Below the pieces are notes generated by a model. It saw nothing but the letters and a program-made list of their open reading frames with translations, was not told the origin of the DNA and did not search any database. Both the position numbers and the translations under genes were made by a program. Of a DNA stretch of 64,000 nt, positions 37,268 through 45,865 are shown in pieces. Source of the DNA: a virus (Duplodnaviria; Heunggongvirae; Uroviricota; Caudoviricetes); the IMG/VR virus record IMGVR_UViG_3300023210_000014, positions 50,797 through 114,796 of that record. One strand, given 5' to 3'. Each line of letters begins with the position of its first letter. Position 1 is the first letter of the stretch.

Positions 37268-37786
37268 ATGCAAAAGATACTAACGACTGGTTATGCTTTG
37301 ACCCGTCAACTAGAGAAAGAGTATTCAGTTTTACAGGATCGACCAACCAAACTGAATCTTCATTATCCCGAACACCAAATGATAATCAAAAGATTCATTG
37401 GTCAACTTAATGAAGAATTGGTAGAATGGTATACGGCTGAAACAGACGAAGAACGAATTGATGAAGCAGCTGACATATTGAATTTTGCTATGAGTATTAT
37501 GCTTATGTTGGACTGTGAAATATATGAATTGGACGAGGATGATTATCCCTTCAGCGGCATGTTAAAATTATTCATTTTGTGGAATGATGTTTCCCATAAA
37601 CTTAAGAATCGACCATGGAAAAAGACCCAAGTGTTAACTTGTTTAGAAACGATTGAGCCTATTCTATTTGAAGCGTTCAATAAAACTATTGGGTTTCTTC
37701 TTCAACATCACACAGAAGATGAAATTGTTAATGCGATCGAATCAAAGCACAAGAAGAACCTCTTCCGCTTAAAATCTAACTATTAG
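37268..37786 (+). CDS. MazG-like / all-alpha NTP pyrophosphohydrolase (putative)
   Basis: EELVEWYTAETDEERIDEAADILNFAMSI fits the MazG/HisE ExxE...ExxD metal-binding helix pattern. Assignment is tentative. Confidence 0.4.
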   Translation: MQKILTTGYALTRQLEKEYSVLQDRPTKLNLHYPEHQMIIKRFIGQLNEELVEWYTAETDEERIDEAADILNFAMSIMLMLDCEIYELDEDDYPFSGMLKLFILWNDVSHKLKNRPWKKTQVLTCLETIEPILFEAFNKTIGFLLQHHTEDEIVNAIESKHKKNLFRLKSNY

Positions 37787-37793
37787 GAGAACC

Positions 37794-38477
37794 ATGAGAA
37801 TCTTTATGAACCTGGGCGAAGCTTACCCGGAGATCAAACGCGATCTAAATAAGTTTGGAGTAATTGTTCACCCGAACACAATGCAAGATAAATGGGTTGC
37901 AGACGATGACGATTACATGACAAAAGAAACCCAACTCTACACCTTCTGTATTCTTGATACGACAGATCATTTGGATTATGCGAAAGATCCTGAATGGTGT
38001 GCAGCTGAATTTGCTGAACGAATTGATACTTCACAAGAAGTTCTCAACCCTGGTTACGCATATAAAATTCGTGAGGTGTGGGAAGAATTTGTTCACGATG
38101 GAAAATTCGGATATACATACCACGATCGTATGGCATTCCAAGTCCAAAAGATCATTGATGAATTGAAACGTAATCTTGACAGTCGTCAATTGATCGTTCA
38201 AATCTTTGATTATAATCAGGACAATCAAAACATCGGCGGAGCTAAGATTAGGATTCCATGCTCGATGTATTACCAATTGATGTACCGAGAAGGCAAACTG
38301 GATATCATTTACAATATGAGAAGCTGTGACTTTAGTGAACACTTCACCAATGACGTTTCCCTTGCAATGATGCTACAACATCACGTTGCAAAAGAAGTTG
38401 GAATCGAACCCGGTAAGATGTTCTACAGTGCAGGCAGTTTCCACATCTATAAGAAAGACTGGGAAATCCTAGCGTAA
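37794..38477 (+). CDS. thymidylate-synthase-fold pyrimidine hydroxymethylase/methylase homolog (ThyA / dCMP-HMase / dUMP-HMase family)
   Basis: IPCSMYYQLMYREGKLDIIYNMRSCDFSEHFTNDVSLAMMLQHHVAKEVGIEPGKMFYSAGSFHIYKKDW aligns by eye to ThyA PCH..QFYV...GKLSCQLYQRSxD...PFNIASYALLTxMIAQ...G.F.HxxGDAHIY. The nucleophile Cys is present in P-C-S. It is 227 aa, shorter than ThyA. Confidence 0.55.
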   Translation: MRIFMNLGEAYPEIKRDLNKFGVIVHPNTMQDKWVADDDDYMTKETQLYTFCILDTTDHLDYAKDPEWCAAEFAERIDTSQEVLNPGYAYKIREVWEEFVHDGKFGYTYHDRMAFQVQKIIDELKRNLDSRQLIVQIFDYNQDNQNIGGAKIRIPCSMYYQLMYREGKLDIIYNMRSCDFSEHFTNDVSLAMMLQHHVAKEVGIEPGKMFYSAGSFHIYKKDWEILA

Positions 38478-38485
38478 GGAGATTT

Positions 38486-39841
38486 ATGTGCGGCATCGCT
38501 GTTAGAAACTTAAAGCGCCAAACTTATTATACAGATGAAATGGGCCATCGTGGCCTGCTAACACACCGGAAGGAATTTGGATGTTTAGAACTCATACATG
38601 AACATCTACCAATTCAAGTTTACGACTCAGCATATCCAATCATTCAATCTGAACGATATGATGTTTTGTTCAATGGAGAAATCTTCGAACATGATGAGAC
38701 AGACGATATTGTTTTTCTTACTAAGATGTTCAGGGATGAGTCTTTCCGTCACGTGTTTGATATTGTTGAGGAACTTAAAAACTTAGATGGATTTTATTCT
38801 TTTATCGTAATCGATAAACAAGAGAATAAAGTCTATGCTTTTACAGACCCACTTGGAAAGAAGCAATTATATTATAATCCTGGATTTGGCATTGCTTCAG
38901 AGATCAGAGGGGTTTCAGATAAGAATTCAAAACTCGATCGTACCTATTTTGGTACGATTCTTAAACATGGTTACACTGCTGATAATCGTACACCTTTACA
39001 AAATGTGAAACGATTGCTTCCGAATACAGTTTACACTTTCGATGTTGAATTGACCCTACATGCCATGATGGAAAATTATTATGATTTCTTTGCTCCAATT
39101 GTTGGGGTACCATTTCAGAGTATGACCTCAAATCAATTCATATATGACACAATGGAAAAATCAGTTAAGAATAGATTGATTGGCCATCATAGAGTTGCAT
39201 TACTTCTCTCCGGTGGACTTGATAGCGCTATTATTCATCATCATTTAAAATGTGCAAAGAATGTTTCAGTTTACACTGTGAACAATGGCGAAGATTATCA
39301 ATACGCAAAAGCATTGGCACCAGAAGCTCAGTTGGTTAATTTCACTCAATTTGGTGATGACCTCAAGATGGCAATTCATGCTCAAGAAATGCCAATGGAT
39401 CTTGGGAGTATGATTCCTCAATTCAAACTTTGCTCAGCAATAAATGAACGCGTGATAATGACTGGAGATGGTGCAGATGAAATCTTCGGAGGATATCGTA
39501 GGATGGCAGAATATGATGCACAAGTCTCAGACATATTTGATGAGTTGAGATATTATCATCTTGTTCGTTTGGATCGCATGTCAATGTGGTTTACTAAGGA
39601 ATTGAGAAGTCCATTCTTAAACTTGGACTTGATTAAATTTGCGTTGACCCTCCCTCACGAGGATAGAATTGATAAGAAGTTCCTTCGTAATGTATATCGA
39701 GGGATTCTCCCAATGAATATTGTCAACCGACCAAAAGAACCTCTCAAAATTGACAGGGTTAAAAAAGACCCTTATGAATATAGAAAAGAATTAATCACTG
39801 AATACCTTAATCAAAGGAAGTTAAATGGCCAAGGAAAGTAA
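38486..39841 (+). CDS. asparagine synthetase-like glutamine amidotransferase (class II GATase + PP-loop ATP pyrophosphatase)
   Basis: N-terminal MCGIA (Cys2 nucleophile), NGEIFEH resembling NGEIYN, and the PP-loop LLSGGLDS. Confidence 0.75.
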   Translation: MCGIAVRNLKRQTYYTDEMGHRGLLTHRKEFGCLELIHEHLPIQVYDSAYPIIQSERYDVLFNGEIFEHDETDDIVFLTKMFRDESFRHVFDIVEELKNLDGFYSFIVIDKQENKVYAFTDPLGKKQLYYNPGFGIASEIRGVSDKNSKLDRTYFGTILKHGYTADNRTPLQNVKRLLPNTVYTFDVELTLHAMMENYYDFFAPIVGVPFQSMTSNQFIYDTMEKSVKNRLIGHHRVALLLSGGLDSAIIHHHLKCAKNVSVYTVNNGEDYQYAKALAPEAQLVNFTQFGDDLKMAIHAQEMPMDLGSMIPQFKLCSAINERVIMTGDGADEIFGGYRRMAEYDAQVSDIFDELRYYHLVRLDRMSMWFTKELRSPFLNLDLIKFALTLPHEDRIDKKFLRNVYRGILPMNIVNRPKEPLKIDRVKKDPYEYRKELITEYLNQRKLNGQGK

Positions 39842-40736
39842 ACACATAAACAAAATTGGAGCACAAGATGTTCTTCAATTTAGAACTGAAAAGCCAGAAG
39901 ATTATCACTGCACGTGTGATTATTGCACGGTCAATTTCAAGGGCGAAGTCTTCGGTGTGGACGAGGGTAAATATTATTCTCAACGATGCCGCAATCACTA
40001 TTACCCAAAGGACATCAATCATGAATTTCCACATCTCGACGTCGGACACTGGCCCGGGTATCGGTTTGCTGTTCAAAACTACACTGAAGTCGGTGATATT
40101 GTATTTGATCCTACTGTTGGAAGCGGAACTGCAATTGCAGAAGCAGAAAATAACCATCGAATTGGAATCGGTGTTGAACTCGAATTCCCCGAAGCATGCA
40201 GATTCTTCTGTAACAGCAGAGGAACAGTAATTGAGGGCGATACAATGCAGGTTGATCCTGATGAATTCTTAGAGAAGGAATCAATTCAACTATTGGTGAA
40301 TGGAACTCCATATCCGACCATTGGGTCAAAAACATCAGATGCACCAGAACGTAAGAATTTGAGTGATCGAGATGCTAAGATGAATAACACTCTGGACGAC
40401 TATGAACATCCAGATAACCTTGGTAAACTAACACTCAAAAATTACTATCCTGTGATCACGAAGATGTATATGAAATACCTTCCTTACGTTAAACCTGGTG
40501 GCTACATTGTCCTTATTATCAAAGACATGGTAATGAAGAAAGAACCATATCTCCTCCACAAGTATTTGTGTGATCACATTCTGAATGCAACTGATGAACT
40601 CCAATATGATAGTTGCTTCATTCACCGTCACACTCCATCGACAATGTTTATGAACACATATCCTAAGCGATTCCCTGAAGTTAATATTCCTCTTTATCAA
40701 ACAGCAATTGTTTTGAGGAAGAAGGTTTCATCTTGA
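39825..40736 (+). CDS. SAM-dependent methyltransferase-like protein (amino-methyltransferase-like motif I)
   Basis: DIVFDPTVGSGTAIAEAE resembles motif I (DPFxGSGTT) of N6/N4 DNA methyltransferases. There is no clean (D/N)PPY motif (closest is NGTPYP). Confidence 0.3.
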   Translation: MAKESKHINKIGAQDVLQFRTEKPEDYHCTCDYCTVNFKGEVFGVDEGKYYSQRCRNHYYPKDINHEFPHLDVGHWPGYRFAVQNYTEVGDIVFDPTVGSGTAIAEAENNHRIGIGVELEFPEACRFFCNSRGTVIEGDTMQVDPDEFLEKESIQLLVNGTPYPTIGSKTSDAPERKNLSDRDAKMNNTLDDYEHPDNLGKLTLKNYYPVITKMYMKYLPYVKPGGYIVLIIKDMVMKKEPYLLHKYLCDHILNATDELQYDSCFIHRHTPSTMFMNTYPKRFPEVNIPLYQTAIVLRKKVSS

Positions 40737-41290
40737 TCTCAAAAGCAATTATAGCTCATGAGATTGGCCATGCAATATCAGCGTTTGCACAGGACTCTGG
40801 ATATATTCCTACATTGATTGAATTGAGTGAAAGTAAAAACTGTTTAGCTGCATGTTATATGGATGACTTCAAAATGGCTAAACCTGGTCCATATGGCAAA
40901 ACAAAAGGAATCTGTGATCTTGGTGGCATATTTGGTGAATTAATTTATCAAGGTTGGTGGAATCCTTGGGGAGCAAGATTAGACTTAGATAACTTTATAA
41001 GTTCAAATCCTAAGTTGGTTGAATTGGACAATTGGTTATGGGTTGACACTGAAGAAGGCTCATTTCATTATTTGAATTCATATCCAACCACAAAAGAGCG
41101 TAGAGACGTTAAGGTTGACTCACATTCAACATTTAGAAATACTCCATATATTTGGGAAGCATACTGTGACTTTTGTGATCGAATAGACAAAGAGGAATTC
41201 CTCCAAGCTGTTAATGAAGTTTACAAGAATAAAACAGAATCAATTGAGGGCAAAGATATGGCAGCTCTTGGAAAGAGAATAATATTATGA
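40733..41290 (+). CDS. HExxH motif protein (putative metallohydrolase)
   Basis: IIAHEIGHAIS near the N-terminus. Otherwise unknown. Confidence 0.3.
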   Translation: MISKAIIAHEIGHAISAFAQDSGYIPTLIELSESKNCLAACYMDDFKMAKPGPYGKTKGICDLGGIFGELIYQGWWNPWGARLDLDNFISSNPKLVELDNWLWVDTEEGSFHYLNSYPTTKERRDVKVDSHSTFRNTPYIWEAYCDFCDRIDKEEFLQAVNEVYKNKTESIEGKDMAALGKRIIL

Positions 41291-41940
41291 AAATAGCTAG
41301 AACGAGTTGGAGTTATGAAAGTGAATTTGTTGGAATGGATTTATTGCGGCACATTGAAAGAGCGGGTCGTACATGTTATAAATCTGAAGACAAAATAACA
41401 TATGACAGTGCAATGAAGTTTGCAAAGATGATAACTCACACAGTAAAACATGAGTCAGTATTGGAACACGCTTCAATCTCTGTTAGGATTATCTGTGATC
41501 GTGGAATCTCTCATGAAATTGTAAGACATCGTCTTGGTGCATACTCGCAGGAATCTACACGGTATTGCAATTACAATAAAGAGAAGTTTGGCAATGAACT
41601 CACTGTGATTTATCCAGATCATCTGGACGATAAAGATGAGCAAAGTCAAATGGTTTGGAAGATGGCTATGATGTCACTCGAACAATCATATTTCCTTCTT
41701 TTGGAAAAGGGTTGGACACCTCAAGAAGCAAGAGGAATCTTGCCAACCGAACTAAAAACTGAAATGGTTGTTACATATAACCTCAGGCAATGGAGACACT
41801 TCTTCAAGATGCGGTGCAGCAAATATGCTCACCCACAATTAAGAGCGGTCACAATTCCAATGCTTGAATCTTTCAAGGATGACATTCCAGTTATTTTTGA
41901 TGACTTTGAAATAGACAAGGAGAAGATGTGTTTGAAATAA
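41287..41940 (+). CDS. thyX: flavin-dependent thymidylate synthase ThyX
   Basis: ThyX signature RHRLGAYSQESTRY (RHRxxSxxxxSxR), plus upstream conserved His/Arg (LRHIERAGRTCY, EHASISV). Confidence 0.85.
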   Translation: MKIARTSWSYESEFVGMDLLRHIERAGRTCYKSEDKITYDSAMKFAKMITHTVKHESVLEHASISVRIICDRGISHEIVRHRLGAYSQESTRYCNYNKEKFGNELTVIYPDHLDDKDEQSQMVWKMAMMSLEQSYFLLLEKGWTPQEARGILPTELKTEMVVTYNLRQWRHFFKMRCSKYAHPQLRAVTIPMLESFKDDIPVIFDDFEIDKEKMCLK

Positions 41941-42227
41941 TTATAATCACTGCTTTAGTGATCTCAATAATCCTGAATATTGCTGCAGGGATTCTAATCA
42001 GAGGGATGACCTTTCATAGACAAGATGAATTGGGAAAAATCGAACCTCGAGCTATGACTGGATATGAAATTGAGGGAATTCGTAGGCAATTAATCCATAC
42101 GGGAAGACAAGATCTTACGTTGGGTGCTGCACTTTCACTGATTAAAACATTACAGGACATACAGTTAGGTACCTACGAGGACACTAACCCATTTGTCCCT
42201 GCTGATATTTATGAGGAATTTAGGTAA
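41928..42227 (+). CDS. small membrane protein (99 aa)
   Basis: N-terminal TM helix (IIITALVISIILNIAAGILI). Confidence 0.4.
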   Translation: MFEIIIITALVISIILNIAAGILIRGMTFHRQDELGKIEPRAMTGYEIEGIRRQLIHTGRQDLTLGAALSLIKTLQDIQLGTYEDTNPFVPADIYEEFR

Positions 42228-42231
42228 AAAT

Positions 42232-42263
42232 GGTTTACATTTCGATTAGATTATGGTATAATT
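42232..42263 (+). promoter_or_regulatory. conserved phage promoter copy 6
   Basis: ATGG-TTTACA (42234-42239) -N17- GGTATAATTG (TATAAT 42257-42262). Confidence 0.55.
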
Positions 42264-42304
42264 GTACAGACGAAGAAATACAAACCTTGAATTAGGAGAC
42301 GAAA

Positions 42305-42511
42305 ATGAAACTATATCTATCGATTGTTGGATGGTTGACTATGCAAACTGCACTTTGGGGATTCGCCCTTCCTGCATTAATTAGTGCATCTTCAACTGTA
42401 TCTGTTTTGGTTGGTCTTGCTGTGATCGTAGCTATGATCCCGGCAGCTTTTATCTGGGGCAAAAATATCGTTTCTGATATTGTCTCAAAATTTGAAAAGA
42501 AGGAGAATTAG
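42305..42511 (+). CDS. small two-TM membrane protein (68 aa)
   Basis: Two hydrophobic helices (IVGWLTMQTALWGFALPALI; VLVGLAVIVAMIPAAFIW). Translationally coupled to the SPFH gene. Confidence 0.45.
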   Translation: MKLYLSIVGWLTMQTALWGFALPALISASSTVSVLVGLAVIVAMIPAAFIWGKNIVSDIVSKFEKKEN

Positions 42512-42514
42512 AAA

Positions 42515-43375
42515 ATGAAGATTATGAAAATTGTGGTTTTGTTGATTGCATTGCTTGCGATGGGCCTAGGAACCACTGGTTGTTCCAAAGTAACGAATGG
42601 TTATGTTGGAGTGAAGGTTAAGATGCTTGCATCAGAAAAGGGTGTACAGCCGGAAGTTGTTGGAGCTGGACGATATTGGATCGGTCCTAACACTGAGTTA
42701 TTTAAGTTCCCAATCTTTACTCAGAATTATGTTTGGACAAAAGATCCAACTGAAGGTTCCAAGAATAACGAAGAGATTCGATTCCAGGACATTGAGGGTC
42801 TACCGATTACAGCGGATGTGGGTATTTCATATGCCATTGACCAAGAAAAGGTATCGTTGATTTTTCAGAAGTATCGAAGAGGCATTGATGAAATCACAGA
42901 TGTATATTTGAGGAATATGGTTCGAGATGCTTTTGTAATGGTAGCTTCTACTCGAAATATTGAATCAATCTATGGAGCTGGTAAAGCTGATATGGTTGAC
43001 ACAGTTGAACGAATGGTTATTGAACAATGTGCCCCACTTGGTATCAACATTGAGAAGATCTATTTGATTGGTAACCTCCGTTTGCCAGATCAGGTTCTAG
43101 ATGCTATTGATGCTAAGATTGCTGCAACTCAACGAGCTCAGCAGGTTGAAAATGAGGTTCGAGAATCTCAAGCTAAGGCACAGAAGAAGATTGCAGATTC
43201 CGAGGGTGAAGCCCAGTCGATTCTGAATATTGCAAATGCTCAGGCACAAGCAAACATCATTCTTGCCAAATCGTTGACCAAGGAATTGGTTGAATATAAA
43301 GCGATTGAGCAATGGGACGGACAACTACCTACCTATACAGGTGGTGGAGCAGTTCCATTCTTAAATCTTAAATAA
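42515..43375 (+). CDS. SPFH/band-7 (prohibitin/stomatin-like) lipoprotein
   Basis: Signal peptide + lipobox (LLAMGLGTTGCS). SPFH-like core. Ala/Gln-rich coiled-coil C-terminus (ATQRAQQVENEVRESQAKAQKKIADSEGEAQ) typical of band-7 proteins. Confidence 0.65.
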   Translation: MKIMKIVVLLIALLAMGLGTTGCSKVTNGYVGVKVKMLASEKGVQPEVVGAGRYWIGPNTELFKFPIFTQNYVWTKDPTEGSKNNEEIRFQDIEGLPITADVGISYAIDQEKVSLIFQKYRRGIDEITDVYLRNMVRDAFVMVASTRNIESIYGAGKADMVDTVERMVIEQCAPLGINIEKIYLIGNLRLPDQVLDAIDAKIAATQRAQQVENEVRESQAKAQKKIADSEGEAQSILNIANAQAQANIILAKSLTKELVEYKAIEQWDGQLPTYTGGGAVPFLNLK

Positions 43376-43404
43376 CCTTAGCTAATCAGCAAATAGGTGA
43401 ATAG

Positions 43405-43433
43405 AGAGTGTACCTTCAGGTACACTCTTTTTT
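43405..43433 (+). terminator. rho-independent terminator (AGAGTGTACC-ttca-GGTACACTCT + T6)
   Basis: Perfect 10-bp palindromic stem, 4-nt loop, TTTTTT. Confidence 0.7.
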
Positions 43434-43451
43434 GATTAAAATTATGGAAAA

Positions 43452-43483
43452 GGTTTACATTTGGGCCCAGCTATGATATAATG
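43452..43483 (+). promoter_or_regulatory. conserved phage promoter copy 7
   Basis: AAAGG-TTTACA (43454-43459) -N17- GATATAATG (TATAAT 43477-43482). Confidence 0.55.
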
Positions 43484-43521
43484 TACATGAGTTAAAAACT
43501 AACTTTTCCAAGGAGATTGAG

Positions 43522-43704
43522 ATGAGCTACTTGATGAGTGTTTTGGAAGCGGAACTGCGAAAAGCAATTGTTGATGAATGGCAAGAGAATCATTCAGGTA
43601 AGATTCCTCGCTCTCACATTGAACGAGAAATGGAATTAAAAATGGATGAATGGGCTAGGGTTATGGTTAAAAAGATGATGACACAGGAGACATATTCATG
43701 GTAA
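43522..43704 (+). CDS. hypothetical protein (60 aa)
   Basis: ORF with a ribosome-binding site (CAAGGAGATTGAGATG). Confidence 0.4.
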   Translation: MSYLMSVLEAELRKAIVDEWQENHSGKIPRSHIEREMELKMDEWARVMVKKMMTQETYSW

Positions 43705-44519
43705 ATTTCACTGAAGAATTTGATTCAGTATTGGAAAAGCAAAGCCGTTGGGTATTTGCATCTGTTGTTGGCTCTCATAATTATGGAACCGCAAGTGAAT
43801 ATTCTGATGTTGATATGAAGGTCATGTATCTTCCCACATTCGAAGAGTTCTTCAATAACAAGTTTGACCGCACATCTGATGCGGGTCCAGGCTTTGATGT
43901 TGATTATACTTGCCATCCTTTTCATGAGTTTGTAAATCACTGTTTCAAAGGGAATAGTAATTTCTGGGAAGTGTTTTACTCCGATCATCTGCGATTCAAT
44001 GATCGGTTTATCACTCGTGAAAATGCTGTAAAATTTATTGATTCAATGAAGGAAGCAGTGCGATTGAATTACATGGCTAACTTCTGGGCAACCCGAGGAA
44101 TGGCATTCGCAAAGTTTAAGAGATTTGAGAATAAGATTCACTTGCCAAATCCAGATCCGAATGGTGTTAATCCTACACCGGAAGCAACACCTCTGATGAT
44201 TGATCGACACAACAAGGAAATCCAGCATGCAATGAGACTGATGCTGATGATGGTTCACTACGTTGAGCGTGACGAATTAAGGTTATGTATGCCTGAACAT
44301 TTTGCAAGGGATTACATTTCTTTGAGAGATAGAACGACTGCAATTGATTACACAGAGGGAAGCGAATTATTCAAGAAATATGATGCTTACCTTGATACAA
44401 AGGAACCAATCCTTCAAGCAAGAGACGAAGCTGTAAAGTTTATCTCTCGTGAACCACTGATTGGTGCGATCAATGAGAACTTTGTATTCGACTTAACAAG
44501 GAACTGGGTACATGTTTAG
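43698..44519 (+). CDS. Pol-beta-superfamily nucleotidyltransferase-fold protein
   Basis: VVGSHNYGTASEYSDVDMKVMY fits the minimal NTase motif hG[GS]x9-13Dh[DE]h. Confidence 0.4.
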   Translation: MVNFTEEFDSVLEKQSRWVFASVVGSHNYGTASEYSDVDMKVMYLPTFEEFFNNKFDRTSDAGPGFDVDYTCHPFHEFVNHCFKGNSNFWEVFYSDHLRFNDRFITRENAVKFIDSMKEAVRLNYMANFWATRGMAFAKFKRFENKIHLPNPDPNGVNPTPEATPLMIDRHNKEIQHAMRLMLMMVHYVERDELRLCMPEHFARDYISLRDRTTAIDYTEGSELFKKYDAYLDTKEPILQARDEAVKFISREPLIGAINENFVFDLTRNWVHV

Positions 44520-44639
44520 TGAATTATCAGTTACCATTATTCCAGGTTCAATTATCATTGGGGCAATTATTGCCCTGGTGATAGTTGAGGGAATCAAATG
44601 GATCCGGAAGAAGACAGACCCGAATGATCTTTACAGTTA
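44511..44639 (+). CDS. possible 42-aa single-TM peptide (MFSELSVTIIPGSIIIGAIIALVIVEGIKWIRKK...)
   Basis: Unlisted small ORF overlapping the previous stop. A hydrophobic helix followed by basic residues. Confidence 0.25.
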
Positions 44640-44648
44640 GGAGATAGG

Positions 44649-44885
44649 ATGCACAACTCATTAGTTGATGGCTTAGCCTTAGGTGGATATTGGAATGACT
44701 TCTGTTTCTGCTGCCAAAAACAAACTTATCAACCAGAGGGTTTCTGCTCAGTATGTGGGTGGGACGACAGCGTACAGGAATTTATGACGGAGGAAAGATA
44801 CAATGAAACAATTGGCGATGTGGCTGACCGTGTTTATGCTCGCTACACTAGCTTGGGGTTATCTGCTACCAAGAGCAAATCATAA
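44649..44885 (+). CDS. Cys-rich small protein (78 aa)
   Basis: CFCCQK...CSVCGWDD zinc-ribbon-like. Its 3' part overlaps the better-supported 44803 ORF, so its extent is doubtful. Confidence 0.3.
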   Translation: MHNSLVDGLALGGYWNDFCFCCQKQTYQPEGFCSVCGWDDSVQEFMTEERYNETIGDVADRVYARYTSLGLSATKSKS

Positions 44886-45384
44886 CTTTGAACCAGAGGA
44901 ATTAGAAGAAGTTGAATCGGTTAATCCGTATGAGCATCATGCTGCATTGGATAGTTTATTCCATTTCGTGACAACAATGTCAGATACAATAACCTTTCCT
45001 GCATTCGAACAACCACCAGAAATGACAGCTCCAGTACGGAGCGAAGTCATATATGAAATGCAAGCTGTTTATGGAACAATCTATAATGCAGTTGAAGGTC
45101 AAACGGATTCAACCCCTGAAGAACTTGCAAGCGGAGTTATAATTGATCTCGATAAAGCTGGGTCATATCGTTACTGTGCGTTAAGTCGCAATCTATTAAA
45201 ACGATGGGGTGGCAAATGGGATTATGGTGATACAATTTATGTTGCTGGAGCAGATACCCTTTCAGGCATTTGGATCGTTCATGATTCAATGAATGCTAGA
45301 CATATAAACTGTATTGACCTCTTGGTTGATCTTGGTACACATCATCACACATTTGAAAATGCAACAATCCGGAAGGAATCATAA
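44803..45384 (+). CDS. secreted 3D-domain protein (MltA-like lytic transglycosylase fold)
   Basis: Signal peptide (MKQLAMWLTVFMLATLAWG) with GGAGGAAAG upstream. C-terminal ...DYGDTIYVAGADTLSGIWIVHDSMNARHINCIDLLVD fits the 3D-domain consensus with three conserved Asp. Confidence 0.5.
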   Translation: MKQLAMWLTVFMLATLAWGYLLPRANHNFEPEELEEVESVNPYEHHAALDSLFHFVTTMSDTITFPAFEQPPEMTAPVRSEVIYEMQAVYGTIYNAVEGQTDSTPEELASGVIIDLDKAGSYRYCALSRNLLKRWGGKWDYGDTIYVAGADTLSGIWIVHDSMNARHINCIDLLVDLGTHHHTFENATIRKES

Positions 45385-45620
45385 TGAGGGAAAATGTACA
45401 ACATAAGACAACAATTACAAGTCAAGGTTTTACCGTTACTATGGAGCATGAGAATTGTCAAATCACTAAAGTTTATTCAGATGGAATTGTAAACCTTGTG
45501 TTTGATAAGAAAATGATTGGTCCTCTTTGCGCTATGATAAAGGAAGCACGGAATCAATGGGATGAAGCAGATGAAACACTGAATTTACATATCCCACGAG
45601 AGGTTGGCAACTCAGAATGA
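45384..45620 (+). CDS. hypothetical protein (78 aa)
   Basis: ORF with ATGA coupling. Confidence 0.35.
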   Translation: MRENVQHKTTITSQGFTVTMEHENCQITKVYSDGIVNLVFDKKMIGPLCAMIKEARNQWDEADETLNLHIPREVGNSE

Positions 45621-45865
45621 ACTTTTGTAGCGACTGTAAGCACCGCATAATATCTCAAGGATATGGATATGACAGATGTAGACAAGCAAATCACATATCT
45701 GAAGATCCAGTCAATGGACTCAATGTTACTTATTCGGCGTGCTGTAAAATAAGATGGGATGCCGACCTCAATAAATTAGAATGCGATAAATACAAACCCT
45801 CTAATTGGAAGGTATTAAAAACATGGCTAAGAATAATTGGAAAACTCTTGACGGGGAAATCATAG
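45617..45865 (+). CDS. Cys-rich hypothetical protein (82 aa)
   Basis: CSDC...C...CC...C pattern. Confidence 0.35.
   Translation: MNFCSDCKHRIISQGYGYDRCRQANHISEDPVNGLNVTYSACCKIRWDADLNKLECDKYKPSNWKVLKTWLRIIGKLLTGKS

Noticed and set aside
38486-39841. AsnB-like gene as simple metabolic augmentation (asparagine supply)
   Set aside because: Not rejected outright. I judged it less likely than a role in nucleotide or base amidation because it is translationally coupled between a TS-fold hydroxymethylase homolog and an MTase-like gene. It is kept as part of the hypermodification hypothesis.
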